A stretch of 64,000 nt of DNA, taken from contig JBPOGI010000003.1 in the NCBI GenBank assembly GCA_051251855.1, positions 32,001-96,000 of the forward strand, read 5' to 3'. This DNA is from Roseibacillus sp. (GTDB lineage Bacteria > Verrucomicrobiota > Verrucomicrobiia > Verrucomicrobiales > Akkermansiaceae). Within the stretch, counting starts at the first letter, position 1, and each line of letters opens with the position of its first letter. Both the position numbers and the translations under genes were made by a program. Under the pieces are notes generated by a model. It made no database searches and was not told the DNA's origin. It was given only the letters and a program-made list of their open reading frames with translations. This document shows, one piece after another, positions 1 to 9,928 of this stretch.

Positions 1-2
1 TT

Positions 3-1028
3 CCTAAAACAACAAAGACGATAATTCTCTCTCCTGATGGTTCTCTCCACTTCGTCCCGTTCGCGAGTTTACTTGATGCCGAGAGAAATTTCTTCGCGAG
101 CCGCTACCCTAACGTCCTCTTCGTCTCCTCCCACCGTGATCTCAACTCACAGCAGCCCCAAAAATCACTCTCCACAGGCCGTTGGGACCTTTTTGGCATC
201 AGCGAGTTTGCGTCGCTTAAAAGCGGGCGTGACGAGTCCTGGTTCCTCGATGAACTTTCAGAATTACCCTACGTCAAAACCGAACTGGCCGCTATTCGCA
301 AACTCGCCCCTCCTGGCACCCCGCTACTCCTCAATCCTAAGAATGCGGAAGAACTTCTCAAAGCGATAGAACCAAGCCCTGCCGTCCTCCACTTGGCCAC
401 CCACGCTTTCTTCAAGGAGCCCGAACAGGACGAGGAATTCTTCGACCTCGATGCTCATCCTGACATCATTCTGCGTTCCGGCCTTGCGCTCGCAGCACCG
501 ACCGACTTCAACGATGGCATTCTCTATCCTCACGAAATCGCCCAACTTCCTCTCGAGGGCACTCAACTCGTCAGCCTTTCGGCCTGCCATACCGGTTTGG
601 GCACTCCCCTTGCTGGCGAAGGAATCCTCGGGTTGCAGCGTGCATTTGCCATCGCCGGGGCGCAGCGGATTCTCCTCACTCTCTGGCAAGTCCCCGATGA
701 ATCCACCTCTCGCTTTATGCCAGCCTTCTACAAAGAAGCGCTCCACACCGAAAACCCCAGTTTCGCCCTTTGGCATTTGCAAGGTAAACTCCTGAGGCAA
801 AATGCTGGGGCCCTTAAGAATGATGCCGCCTTGGAAGAAGCGGTGTTGCGACATGGACCGTTCATCCTCACCCATCGCGGCCCCATTCCTAGCCTTCCGA
901 CGTTGAAGGAAAAACAACCCGATCCTCCTCAGAAAATCGTGGGACGCTATCTCCTCTGGCTCTTTGTCTTCGGCACCCTCATCGTTCTTCTGTTGCGCTA
1001 TTCAATTCGCCGAAAGAAGTCTTCTTAG
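3..1028 (+). CDS. CHAT-domain (caspase/HetF-like) protein, 5'-truncated by window edge, with C-terminal TM helix
   Basis: Frame is open from nt 3 (PKTTKTIILSPDGSLHFVPFASL...) through the ORF-track segment 393-1028. CHAT motifs LHLATHAF, LVSLSACHTGLG, GLQRAFAIAGA and LTLWQVPDEST are present. Hydrophobic YLLWLFVFGTLIVLLL is followed by RRKK. Confidence 0.85.
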   Translation, partial: PKTTKTIILSPDGSLHFVPFASLLDAERNFFASRYPNVLFVSSHRDLNSQQPQKSLSTGRWDLFGISEFASLKSGRDESWFLDELSELPYVKTELAAIRKLAPPGTPLLLNPKNAEELLKAIEPSPAVLHLATHAFFKEPEQDEEFFDLDAHPDIILRSGLALAAPTDFNDGILYPHEIAQLPLEGTQLVSLSACHTGLGTPLAGEGILGLQRAFAIAGAQRILLTLWQVPDESTSRFMPAFYKEALHTENPSFALWHLQGKLLRQNAGALKNDAALEEAVLRHGPFILTHRGPIPSLPTLKEKQPDPPQKIVGRYLLWLFVFGTLIVLLLRYSIRRKKSS

Positions 1029-1227
1029 GAGGGTCGCATCGACGGAAGGAATGGGAGCGTGGTCTTTCCAAGCCGCCACCTTAAAATAGAGGATGGGGAG
1101 GGTAGGCCTGTTCGTTCCCGAATCCGCTGTCCCTCTCGTCATTCGTCTGCCGTTCGATAATACCATTCTCACAGTTAAATTGATGCCATGGATTTTATTT
1201 AGGTTTTTGAAATTGCGCTTCGCGATA

Positions 1228-1368
1228 GGTGAAAAAATCGGGCCAGTTTTCCCTAAACCAGCGTTGCTTGCTGCTCCCCCCCGGTCGCACCCTTCGGGTT
1301 GCCTTGGCAAGCAAGCTATCTCGCTCCGCTCGTTTCTCGGTCCGAGTGCACCCTAAGGGCTTTTCACC
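1228..1368. repeat. Nested palindromic REP/MITE-like element
   Basis: Inverted repeats GGTGAAAA (1228-1235) and TTTTCACC (1361-1368). Inner arms GCTTGCT (1266-1272) and AGCAAGC (1310-1316) enclose the small hairpins ACCC-TTC-GGGT and TTGCC-TT-GGCAA. Lies between convergent genes. Confidence 0.4.
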
Positions 1369-1589
1369 AGCACTCCTCCCTCGGCACGTCTTGTCCTTTG
1401 AAAATCTGACTCCGACCATTACACCAATTTAACTGCTCAAATGATATCAGCGAGATCCACCTCAGCGGCTTAAAAAGCCACTCTCCCGAGCCTGCGACCA
1501 CTGCTTTTGCAAACTCGCAATTTTTCGCTTAACGCAGTGCCATTCAACTTGAGTCGTCCGCTCTCAATTCAACATAACGATTCGACGGG

Positions 1590-1613
1590 GCCGGTCGAAG
1601 ACCGGCGCTCCCA
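1590..1613. repeat. REP-like hairpin, possibly terminator of the haemagglutinin-domain gene
   Basis: GCCGGTC-GAA-GACCGGC followed by GCTCCCA, just past the stop of 1618-2841(-). Confidence 0.45.
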
Positions 1614-1617
1614 GTGG

Positions 1618-2841
1618 CTAGCGTTTGCTCACTTTAGCGCTGCGTAACCCAAAGAATCCCGATCGTTTAACGAGCGCGCGTTGGCTCTTTTTTTCCTTTT
1701 TGGCAGTGGCCTTGTTTCCTTCAGAGGAAGCACGCGAGGCCGAACCGCTCGCAGATACTGGCGACCCTCGAATCACTCTGACCTCTTTAGTACGCTCACC
1801 CGTGAGGTCGTTAGCACTCCCTTTTCTCAAAGAAGGGAAAAGACTCACCGATGGATTACTCAAACCAGGACTGTCCCCTTCATTAGGCACAAGAATAGTC
1901 GAACCTAACTCATCCGTCGTCTGCACAATTCCCACCAAAACTGCATTATCTTGCAAATCAATCGTACCATCAGTCACTCTCAGAAAGATCCGACCATAAG
2001 GAGCATTGCCACCCTGAGCGGAAACAAATCCATCCACCGATATTTGGCCACCGTCACCAGCGCGCATTTCAATATCGGTTCCCGCAACAATGGTTCCACC
2101 GTGAATCACATTGTTGTCTTCGTTGTTCGACAAAGAGCTGACCTTTTCGCGGCCGCTCGCTCCAGGATCATAGCGCACGTGGTTACCACTAAAGAGACGA
2201 GTCGCCTGAGCCGACTGAATATTCGACTGGGCGATATTAGAATTCAGAATAGTTGTAGAGCGAGCAGCACCTAAGACCACATCGCCCTGAGTTGACGTAA
2301 TTTGCCCGTCCCTGACCGTCAAAAGGTGCGTGGTGGGAGCAGCCGGAAGATCGACATGGAAGTCGACCGCTTGACCGCCATTCAACAAAGCTGCCTCGCC
2401 CGCTGCGGTGGTTTCGTTAACGACTGCCACCAATTCGCCGACGGTGATGTCTCCCGAGAGAAGAACTCCTGTCTCTGGACTCAAGAACACTACCCGACCA
2501 TTGGACTGGATGTTCCCTTCAAAACGATGATCACCCAAACGAGGATTCAAAGTGCCCAGCCGGTTGAGCACGGAAGGATTGCTGACTCCTTGATCGAAGG
2601 TAAAAGTCAACGAACTGTCGGAGCCTTGATTCACGCGACTCCAATCCAACACGGCCTCGCGATTAAGAGTGATCACGGCTGCATCGTTGGCTGCATCGTA
2701 GACACAAGTGGCAGCGGTAGGATCCACAATCGTAGGTCCATTCGTCATCCCCGGGCAAAGAGGAGTCTGCGCAGACAAAGTGACTGAGGTGATAAGAATC
2801 ACCCCAAACCCTAAGCCATACTGTTGGAAACGTGCCATCAT
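1618..2841 (-). CDS. Secreted filamentous-haemagglutinin N-terminal (TPS / haemagglutination activity) domain protein
   Basis: Signal peptide, then VLDWSRVN...LTFTF...VLNRL...GNIQSNGRVVFLSPETGVLL, typical of TPS domains, followed by beta-helix-like repeats. Start is ATG 2841/2838; the ORF track uses TTG 2856. Confidence 0.7.
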   Translation of the reverse strand: MMARFQQYGLGFGVILITSVTLSAQTPLCPGMTNGPTIVDPTAATCVYDAANDAAVITLNREAVLDWSRVNQGSDSSLTFTFDQGVSNPSVLNRLGTLNPRLGDHRFEGNIQSNGRVVFLSPETGVLLSGDITVGELVAVVNETTAAGEAALLNGGQAVDFHVDLPAAPTTHLLTVRDGQITSTQGDVVLGAARSTTILNSNIAQSNIQSAQATRLFSGNHVRYDPGASGREKVSSLSNNEDNNVIHGGTIVAGTDIEMRAGDGGQISVDGFVSAQGGNAPYGRIFLRVTDGTIDLQDNAVLVGIVQTTDELGSTILVPNEGDSPGLSNPSVSLFPSLRKGSANDLTGERTKEVRVIRGSPVSASGSASRASSEGNKATAKKEKKSQRALVKRSGFFGLRSAKVSKR

Positions 2842-2914
2842 CACCCTTAACCGCAAAGCATGCCTACCAGTTTTTTCTTTTCCAGAAAGAATTCAGGGGA
2901 AGAGCGACAGGGAT

Positions 2915-5026
2915 TCAGTCAAGCTTCACTTCGAAATCGAGCTCTTTGCTCAAGAAAGTGAACTTGTCGGTGGCTTGTTCAATGCGCTTTGAGGTTGGCG
3001 TTCCTGCGCCATGGCCAGACTTGGTTTCGATACGAATCAGCATGGGCTCGGGGCCTTCGTTGGCCGCTTGGAGTGCAGCCGCAAACTTAAACGAATGCGA
3101 GGGCACCACTCGATCATCATGATCAGAAGTGGTCACCATCGTGGCCGGATAATGCGTGCCCTTTTCCAAATTGTGATAAGGTGAATAAGCCTTGAGAGCT
3201 TTGAATTCTTCTTCTTCATCCGGGGAACCATACTCTGCTTCCCAAGCCCAACCGATGGTGAATTTATGGAAGCGCAGCATGTCCATCACACCCACCGCAG
3301 GAAGACAGGCACCATAGAGTTCAGGCCGCTGGACCATACAAGCTCCCACGAGAAGCCCTCCATTAGAACCGCCTGAGATGGCGAGTTTGGGAGTTGAGGT
3401 ATAGTCTTCTGCAATGAGGTATTCTGCCGCTGCAATGAAGTCGTCAAAGACGTTTTGCTTTTTCAGCTTCATTCCTGCTTGGTGCCAATCTTCACCATAT
3501 TCTCCTCCTCCGCGTAGGTTGGGTAAGGCGTAGACTCCTCCCAGATCGAGCCAAGTCATGACCACTGGAGAATAGCTTGGAGTGAGGGAAATGTTGAATC
3601 CTCCGTAGGCATAGAGGTAGGTAGGGTTCTGGCCATTGAGTTCGATTCCCTTTTTGTGAACGATAAACATGGGCACCTTCGTTCCGTCCTTGGACGAGAA
3701 GAAGACTTGCTTGATTTCGTAGTCGGCTGGCTCGAATTTGGATTCAGGGCGCTGATAGACTTCGGATTGATTACTAGAAATCTGGTAGCGAAAAATCGTT
3801 CCTGCATCGGTGAAAGAAGAAAAGAAGTAGAAGGTTTCTTCTGAGTTCACTTTCCCCCAAAATCCTCCTGCGCTACCCAGACCAGGCAACTCGACCTCGC
3901 CTAAGGAAGTTCCATCTTCAGCGAATCGCAGAACCTGACTGTGTGCGTCCTTCATGTAGTTCGCAATCAGGATGCCCCCCACATGAGATACCGAACGCAA
4001 GGTAGCCTCGTTCTCAGGAATCAGGGTTTTCCACGCTTTGCTGGATGGATTTTTCAAGTCTACCGCAACAAGCTTCTGCTTGGGAGCATCGAGGTCGGTG
4101 CGAATGAAGAAAGTGTCCCCCACGTTACTCACGAAGGTGTAGGAAGCATCGAAATCTGGAAACAGCTCCACGACTTCGGAGTCTGGCTGAGTGAGGTCCT
4201 GATAGAACAACCCGTTCTTGGTATCAGTGCCTTGGGTAACATAGAAAAGAAGGTAGCGACCATCCTCAGTAATCTCGCTGTAGAGTCCCCAGAGAGGTTG
4301 GTCGGGGCGTTCGTAGACGAGCTTGTCTGCCTTTTGCTCTTCGCCGAGAAGATGATAGTAGATTTTCCTGTCGGTGTTTTTGGCCGTGAATTCGTCACCC
4401 TCTTCGGGTTCTGCAAAACGCCCATAGTAAAAACCCTTGCTATCCTTTGACCAATCCACTCCCGAAAATTTGGTCCACTTCACCTCGTCAGAGAGGTCTT
4501 TTCCGGTTTCGATTTCCCGCACTTTCCACTCCGCCCAATCAGAACCCGACCGAGAAAGCGAGTAGGCCATATACTTACCATCGGGAGAGATGGAGTAACC
4601 ACTTAAAGAGATAGTACCGTCCTCAGAGAGCTTGTTCGGGTCGAGGAGGATGGTCGCCTCCTTTTCTAACGAAGTTGTAGAATAGATGACGGACTGATTC
4701 TGCAGACCATCGTTCTTGGAAAAGAAGTAGCGCCCGCCTTCCTTGTAAGGGATTCCAAAGCGCTCATAGTTCCAGAGCTCGGTGAGGTGCTTGTTGATGG
4801 CATCTGCACCAGGAATCTTTTTGAGATAGGCTTCGGTGACTTCGTTTTGCTCCTTCACCCAAGTCGCGGTTTGTCCGGAGTTCAAATCCTCGAGCCAACG
4901 ATAAGGATCGGCGACTTCGATTCCGTGCAAGGTTTCGACAATGTCGCCGGGGTGGGAGTTGGGATAAGTCATGGGCTCGGCAAAGAGGGAAAAGGGAACA
5001 AAGGCCAGAAAGGCTCTCATCATCAT
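2915..5026 (-). CDS. Prolyl oligopeptidase (S9A), with signal peptide
   Basis: DPYRWLED, YGGFNIS, GGSNGGLL (catalytic Ser), DDRVVP (Asp) and SGHGAG (His). Confidence 0.95.
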   Translation of the reverse strand: MMMRAFLAFVPFSLFAEPMTYPNSHPGDIVETLHGIEVADPYRWLEDLNSGQTATWVKEQNEVTEAYLKKIPGADAINKHLTELWNYERFGIPYKEGGRYFFSKNDGLQNQSVIYSTTSLEKEATILLDPNKLSEDGTISLSGYSISPDGKYMAYSLSRSGSDWAEWKVREIETGKDLSDEVKWTKFSGVDWSKDSKGFYYGRFAEPEEGDEFTAKNTDRKIYYHLLGEEQKADKLVYERPDQPLWGLYSEITEDGRYLLFYVTQGTDTKNGLFYQDLTQPDSEVVELFPDFDASYTFVSNVGDTFFIRTDLDAPKQKLVAVDLKNPSSKAWKTLIPENEATLRSVSHVGGILIANYMKDAHSQVLRFAEDGTSLGEVELPGLGSAGGFWGKVNSEETFYFFSSFTDAGTIFRYQISSNQSEVYQRPESKFEPADYEIKQVFFSSKDGTKVPMFIVHKKGIELNGQNPTYLYAYGGFNISLTPSYSPVVMTWLDLGGVYALPNLRGGGEYGEDWHQAGMKLKKQNVFDDFIAAAEYLIAEDYTSTPKLAISGGSNGGLLVGACMVQRPELYGACLPAVGVMDMLRFHKFTIGWAWEAEYGSPDEEEEFKALKAYSPYHNLEKGTHYPATMVTTSDHDDRVVPSHSFKFAAALQAANEGPEPMLIRIETKSGHGAGTPTSKRIEQATDKFTFLSKELDFEVKLD

Positions 5027-5077
5027 GGGTGCGAAAGTAAGATTTCGATAACAACCTGACGAGTGAGAAAAAAGTCC

Positions 5078-5965
5078 CTATTCTGCGAACGCGTGTTCGA
5101 GCTGCTCGCGCATGGTGATGAGAGGCCGTCCCAGTAAATTCTGCAGGGTCGGATCGACCGAATTCCACGCGTCGTTGCGGGCCGCCAAGTAAAGTCCGAG
5201 CACCATTTCGATGATGGAGTCAGGAATCCCCCCAGCAACAAATGGAGCCCGCATCGCATCGTCGCTGAGGATGGTGTGCGTGATCTGCTTTTCTTGTAGC
5301 TGAGAAACAAGCGCGGCCAGATCGGCAAAGTCGAGAGCTTCGGGGCCGGTGAGAGGCGGGGTCGCTCCTTCGAATGCGGCTTCCCCCGTCAGAATGAGCG
5401 CGGCCGCCTCCGCGAGGTCGCGGTGAGCAACCCAGGAAATTTTGCCATCTTGCGCTGTAGTCAACTGGCCGGTGGTCAAGGCGTCCGCCATCATCTGAAT
5501 TCCACTAGTGCCGTAAAACCCGTGGCGCAAAATGGTGAAAGGCACCCCACACTCAGCCAAGATCGCTTCACTCGCGGCATAGTCCCGCATGGGTGGAAAA
5601 GGAGAGGAGGCACTCGCCGCCATTTGACTGGTGAAAACGATGCGCTGAGCCCCCGCCTTCTTGGCCGTGTCAAAAACGGCGCGATGTTGAACCAACGGAT
5701 CTCCTCCAGAAGCACGCGCATTCGACGAAACCACGAGGATTCTACCGACCCCTACAAAGGCCTCCGCTAAGCTTTCCGGTTGCTCATAATCCGCCCAACG
5801 CACCCGCACCCCCAGCGACCTCAACTCATCCGCCTGCTCAGGAACACGCGTCGTGGCCACGATTCGGTCCGCCGGATAACGATCAACTAACGCCCGCACA
5901 ATAAGCCCACCCAACTGACCAGTACTCCCAGTGACAACGAGGAGGGGTGACTCTGTGGTATTCAT
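5078..5965 (-). CDS. NmrA-like/SDR NAD(P)H-binding oxidoreductase (YtfG/QOR2-like)
   Basis: VTGSTGQLG Rossmann motif, ADYEQPESL, TILRHGFY, ISWVAHRDLAEAA and LTGPEAL. ATG 5965 preferred over TTG 6016. Confidence 0.85.
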   Translation of the reverse strand: MNTTESPLLVVTGSTGQLGGLIVRALVDRYPADRIVATTRVPEQADELRSLGVRVRWADYEQPESLAEAFVGVGRILVVSSNARASGGDPLVQHRAVFDTAKKAGAQRIVFTSQMAASASSPFPPMRDYAASEAILAECGVPFTILRHGFYGTSGIQMMADALTTGQLTTAQDGKISWVAHRDLAEAAALILTGEAAFEGATPPLTGPEALDFADLAALVSQLQEKQITHTILSDDAMRAPFVAGGIPDSIIEMVLGLYLAARNDAWNSVDPTLQNLLGRPLITMREQLEHAFAE

Positions 5966-6114
5966 TGAGGAGGGGTTTAATAGGAGGTCACACAAAAACG
6001 AGCTCTTTTCCACCAAGAGGCCTCCCTATCCCTAAAGCTTAGGAAAGCTTAATCTTTAAGTTGCAACTTGAAGCAAATCAAGAAGTCTGTCATAAAAAAG
6101 CTATCTTTTCCTTT

Positions 6115-9100
6115 ATGAAAATTCGCAGTGCTTGGGCGCTTCCCTTCGGATTGGCGGTGCTTCTCGCTATTGTCATTTCTCTAAAGCCCCACGATGATTC
6201 TCAAGAACGGAATCAGCGCGGTCAGATTTCTCATGGAGGCACGACGCCCCGCGACCAATCGCGATTGAAGTCTAAAGCTCAATCCGTCTCTGTCTCCCAT
6301 CGGTTTACAAAGCAGTCAATGCAAACTGTTCAAGAGGAGCTCGAAGAAGTTTTAGCCGCTTCTACTCTCGGAGCTCCACTGAGTTTCGAACTCGCAAAGC
6401 TACCAATGCGTGGAGAGGTTGACTCTCGGGTTGAGAGGCACGGACTGATTCATTTGGGAATCACTCTCCAATCTCCCGAGGGGCGGATGGTGGTCACGAT
6501 TGAGAATGAAGTGATTTCGTCCGGACACGTTTTCTTTCATGGACTTAGCGAGGCATTTCGGATCGCACACGACTATCGAGCTGGAGAAACTCTCCTCTCC
6601 GCGGTTGCCGTTGATGAGATTATTTGTGCGGCAAGTGAGGCGACCTATCCCCCACAGGCTGGCTATCCCGAACACCTAACGGAAGGACCTACAACCGAAG
6701 TTGCTGCCGCTGACGAGGCGATCCCATTGCTGCAAAGTTTACCAGGAAGCGACTACGTAGCTTACCTCGACTTTGATGGTGAGATTGTCAATAGCCCCTA
6801 CTGGAACAATGGAGAAACCATCGTTGCACAGCCCAAGGCAGTAGCAGGAAATGCAGACTATATTCGTGCTCTGTGGGAAGTCGTTGCAGAAGATTTCCTC
6901 CCCTTCGACCTCAATGTTACCACTGACCGTTCGGTTTACGACGCTGCAGATGCAAGGAAAAGAGTGATGTGTATTACGACCTCGACCAAGAGCTGGTATC
7001 CCAATGCACAAGGAGGAGTCGCCTATGTCGGATCATTCAACAACGATAGGGTCTGCTGGGATTTCAACGGAAACGGAAACACGATTTCCCATGAAATCGG
7101 TCATACAGTAAGTCTTCGGCATGATGGCAGCAGCAACAGGGAATATTATTTAGGGAACTTCGGCGATCCATCTTGGGGCGCTATTATGGGAGCTGGCTTC
7201 AAAGACTTGGTGCAATGGAGCAAGGGTGACTACGTCGATGCCAACAACCAGCAAGACGATGTTGAAGTAATCGCAACGAATAGCCGATGGGACGGGACGA
7301 GTTACTATTCTATTGGAAAACGCTCTGATGATATTGGCGATGGGGTTTCCATGGCTCGACCCCTCAATTCTCCGAATGGAAATGTTTCTGATTCCGGTAA
7401 AATAGAAAGCCGCCAAGACAAAGACTATTTCAGTTTTGAAACAACGGCCGAAGGATATATCGCACTCTCTGTTGAACCCCTACTGCCCCTCGAAAAGACG
7501 AATTTGGCGGTGGCCATCAAGCTCTATGATTCGGGTGAAAACCTCATTGCTAGCAATTCAGACCCCACTTCGACTGGTGCTGAGCTTGAGCTCAATCTGC
7601 CTGCGGGAAACTATTTTTTGGTGGTCGAAGGGGCCGGAAGAGGCACTTGGATTTCCGGTGGCTTCGACGATTATGGCAGTATGGGCGAGTATGTGATTAA
7701 CGGTTTCTTGCCAACTGGTCTGTTGTCACTCAGCGACTATTCTCTAGATGCCTCACAATTCGGAGAAACTTTTTCCATGGAAGTGTCGAGCGTTGATGAA
7801 TGGACTTGGGAGGTTGCATCAACCGTTGATTGGATTTCCTCATCTGCCTCACCTACCCAATCAGGAGGGGAAAACAGAGAGTTCGTGCTCGAGGTGGAAG
7901 AGAATTTCGAATCACGGCGTGTAGAGCGCTCAGCGGAAATTGTTTTCCGCTCGGGAGAAGTCGTACAACGCTTCCTGATCACGCAAGAACCGACGAGCGG
8001 AATCGCCATTGAAGGGGAACGCAATTTCCAGGTTGATGCGGGAGGACACCTCCTCGATATCAGAGTTGAAGGTCCTTACACAACGACAGGTCCGTTCAAC
8101 GGTTGGTCTTGGCAATCTGAAGTCGACTGGATTGGCACTTCAAGTGACGCTGAAACGGGAGGAACCAGATATTACTTCCTCAACGTCGCGGCCAACAATA
8201 CTTCCGAAAGCCGCACCGGCCGATTCATCTTTACTGCCGAAGACAACCGCACCGCAGTGATTACTGTCACGCAAGAGGGAGGAGGGATCACAGTCAGTCC
8301 CGAATCACTCGTTTTAAGTTCTGGAAACCATACCCAATTCATCGCTATCGAGGCGAACGGAGATTGGAATTGGGAAGTTGATTCCGACTCAAATAACTGG
8401 ATTTCCTCATCCGAGTCTTCGAGCCAAAGCGGCTCTAAACCTTTCGGAATCAACGTCGCAGTAAATTCCGGGGCCTACAGAGAGGGCACGATCACCTTCA
8501 CCACCGCAGGCGGTTTCAGTGCGATACTGACGGTGACTCAGGAGGGCAATGGCACACCGCCTGTGGAAGAGATTTCTCTCAGCTCCAACAGCCTTTCGGA
8601 TACAGGATCGGGACAGATTGCTTCCATCGAAGTCACTTCTAACAGTGACTGGTCCTGGCAGTCTTCCGAAGATTGGATCACCTCTGCGGAGGAATCGAAT
8701 CAAAGCGGTAACACCAGTTTCGATTTCAGTATTGCTGCCAATCCGCTGACAAGTTCGCGCTCGGGGACTCTCCTTTTCAGTACTAACAATGGTACCCAAG
8801 CTCTCTTCACGATCGACCAAGCTGCCGGTGATGAACCAGTCGGAGGAGGCATTTCTCTGAGCGAAAGTTCCATTACGATCAATCCTTGGAGTGAGACCAA
8901 AGTCGTCACCATCAACACCCTGAGCGACTGGACTTGGATCAGTTCCGCCCCTTGGATCACTTCCAACGATAGTTTTCAGCAAGAAGGCACAAAGCCCTTT
9001 TACTTCACAGCTTCCGCAAATCCGACCCCATCCCAGCGCTCCGGCACAATCACGTTCACTACCACCGGCGGTTCCAGTGCAATACTGACGGTGACTCAAG

Positions 9101-9924
9101 AGGGTGATGGCACACCACTGGTGGAAGAAATTTCTCTCAGTTCCAGCACCCTTTCGGATTCAGGATCGGGACAAACAACTTCCATCGAAGTCACTTCTAA
9201 CAGTGACTGGTCCTGGCAGTCTTCCGAAGATTGGATCACCTCTGCGGAGGAATCGAATCAAAGCGGCAGCACCAGTTTCGATTTCAGTATTGCTGCCAAT
9301 CCGCTGACAAGTTCGCGCTCGGGGACTCTCCTTTTTACTACCACCAACGGTGCCCAGGCTCTCTTCACAATTGACCAAGCTGCCGGTGATGAACCAGTCG
9401 GAGGGGGCATTTCTCTGAGCGAAAGTTTTCTCACAATCAATCCTTGGAGTGAGACCAAAGTCGTTACCATCGATACCCTCGGCGACTGGACTTGGGTCAG
9501 TTCCGCCCCTTGGATCAGCTCCAACGATACTTTCCAACAAGAGGGCACAAAGCCTTTCTACTTCTCGGCTTCCGCAAATCCAACCCCATCCCAGCGCTCC
9601 GGCACGATCACCTTCACTACCGCCGGCGGTTCCAGTGCGATATTGGCGGTGACTCAAGAGGGTAATCCCGACGCCCCTCACGAGAAGATTACCATCACCT
9701 CGGTAAGCTCAAACGGAGAGGAGTTCTTTCTTGGATTCGTTTCTGTCGAGGGTCTTGTCTATCTTCTCTCGTATTCGCAAGAACTCAATGGAGGTTGGCA
9801 GACGGTCCCCGGCCATACTGATGTCGCAGGCACTGGTGAGGTAATATCTCGCACAATCGATTTGGACTCTCTTCCCAATTCTGGTGGAAAAATGTTCTTC
9901 CGAGTGGAAGAGGTCGGTCCTTAA
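6115..9924 (+). CDS. Secreted zinc metalloprotease (metzincin) with PPC domain, multiple BACON-like repeats and a C-terminal FFRV domain
   Basis: YLDFDG, EDFLPFDLNVTT, HEIGHTVSLRHDG, Met-turn AIMG and PPC-like DKDYFSF...GNYFLVV. About 7 repeats of W-W-S..WI...N...R.G.I.F...V.Q. ATG at 6115. Confidence 0.85.
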   Translation: MKIRSAWALPFGLAVLLAIVISLKPHDDSQERNQRGQISHGGTTPRDQSRLKSKAQSVSVSHRFTKQSMQTVQEELEEVLAASTLGAPLSFELAKLPMRGEVDSRVERHGLIHLGITLQSPEGRMVVTIENEVISSGHVFFHGLSEAFRIAHDYRAGETLLSAVAVDEIICAASEATYPPQAGYPEHLTEGPTTEVAAADEAIPLLQSLPGSDYVAYLDFDGEIVNSPYWNNGETIVAQPKAVAGNADYIRALWEVVAEDFLPFDLNVTTDRSVYDAADARKRVMCITTSTKSWYPNAQGGVAYVGSFNNDRVCWDFNGNGNTISHEIGHTVSLRHDGSSNREYYLGNFGDPSWGAIMGAGFKDLVQWSKGDYVDANNQQDDVEVIATNSRWDGTSYYSIGKRSDDIGDGVSMARPLNSPNGNVSDSGKIESRQDKDYFSFETTAEGYIALSVEPLLPLEKTNLAVAIKLYDSGENLIASNSDPTSTGAELELNLPAGNYFLVVEGAGRGTWISGGFDDYGSMGEYVINGFLPTGLLSLSDYSLDASQFGETFSMEVSSVDEWTWEVASTVDWISSSASPTQSGGENREFVLEVEENFESRRVERSAEIVFRSGEVVQRFLITQEPTSGIAIEGERNFQVDAGGHLLDIRVEGPYTTTGPFNGWSWQSEVDWIGTSSDAETGGTRYYFLNVAANNTSESRTGRFIFTAEDNRTAVITVTQEGGGITVSPESLVLSSGNHTQFIAIEANGDWNWEVDSDSNNWISSSESSSQSGSKPFGINVAVNSGAYREGTITFTTAGGFSAILTVTQEGNGTPPVEEISLSSNSLSDTGSGQIASIEVTSNSDWSWQSSEDWITSAEESNQSGNTSFDFSIAANPLTSSRSGTLLFSTNNGTQALFTIDQAAGDEPVGGGISLSESSITINPWSETKVVTINTLSDWTWISSAPWITSNDSFQQEGTKPFYFTASANPTPSQRSGTITFTTTGGSSAILTVTQEGDGTPLVEEISLSSSTLSDSGSGQTTSIEVTSNSDWSWQSSEDWITSAEESNQSGSTSFDFSIAANPLTSSRSGTLLFTTTNGAQALFTIDQAAGDEPVGGGISLSESFLTINPWSETKVVTIDTLGDWTWVSSAPWISSNDTFQQEGTKPFYFSASANPTPSQRSGTITFTTAGGSSAILAVTQEGNPDAPHEKITITSVSSNGEEFFLGFVSVEGLVYLLSYSQELNGGWQTVPGHTDVAGTGEVISRTIDLDSLPNSGGKMFFRVEEVGP
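8485..9663 (+). repeat. Intragenic tandem duplication, period 558 bp (186 aa, two BACON-like domains per unit)
   Basis: GGCACGATCACC/GGCACAATCACG/GGCACGATCACC recur at 8485, 9043 and 9601, with long nucleotide-identical stretches between copies. Confidence 0.95.
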
Positions 9925-9928
9925 GCCT

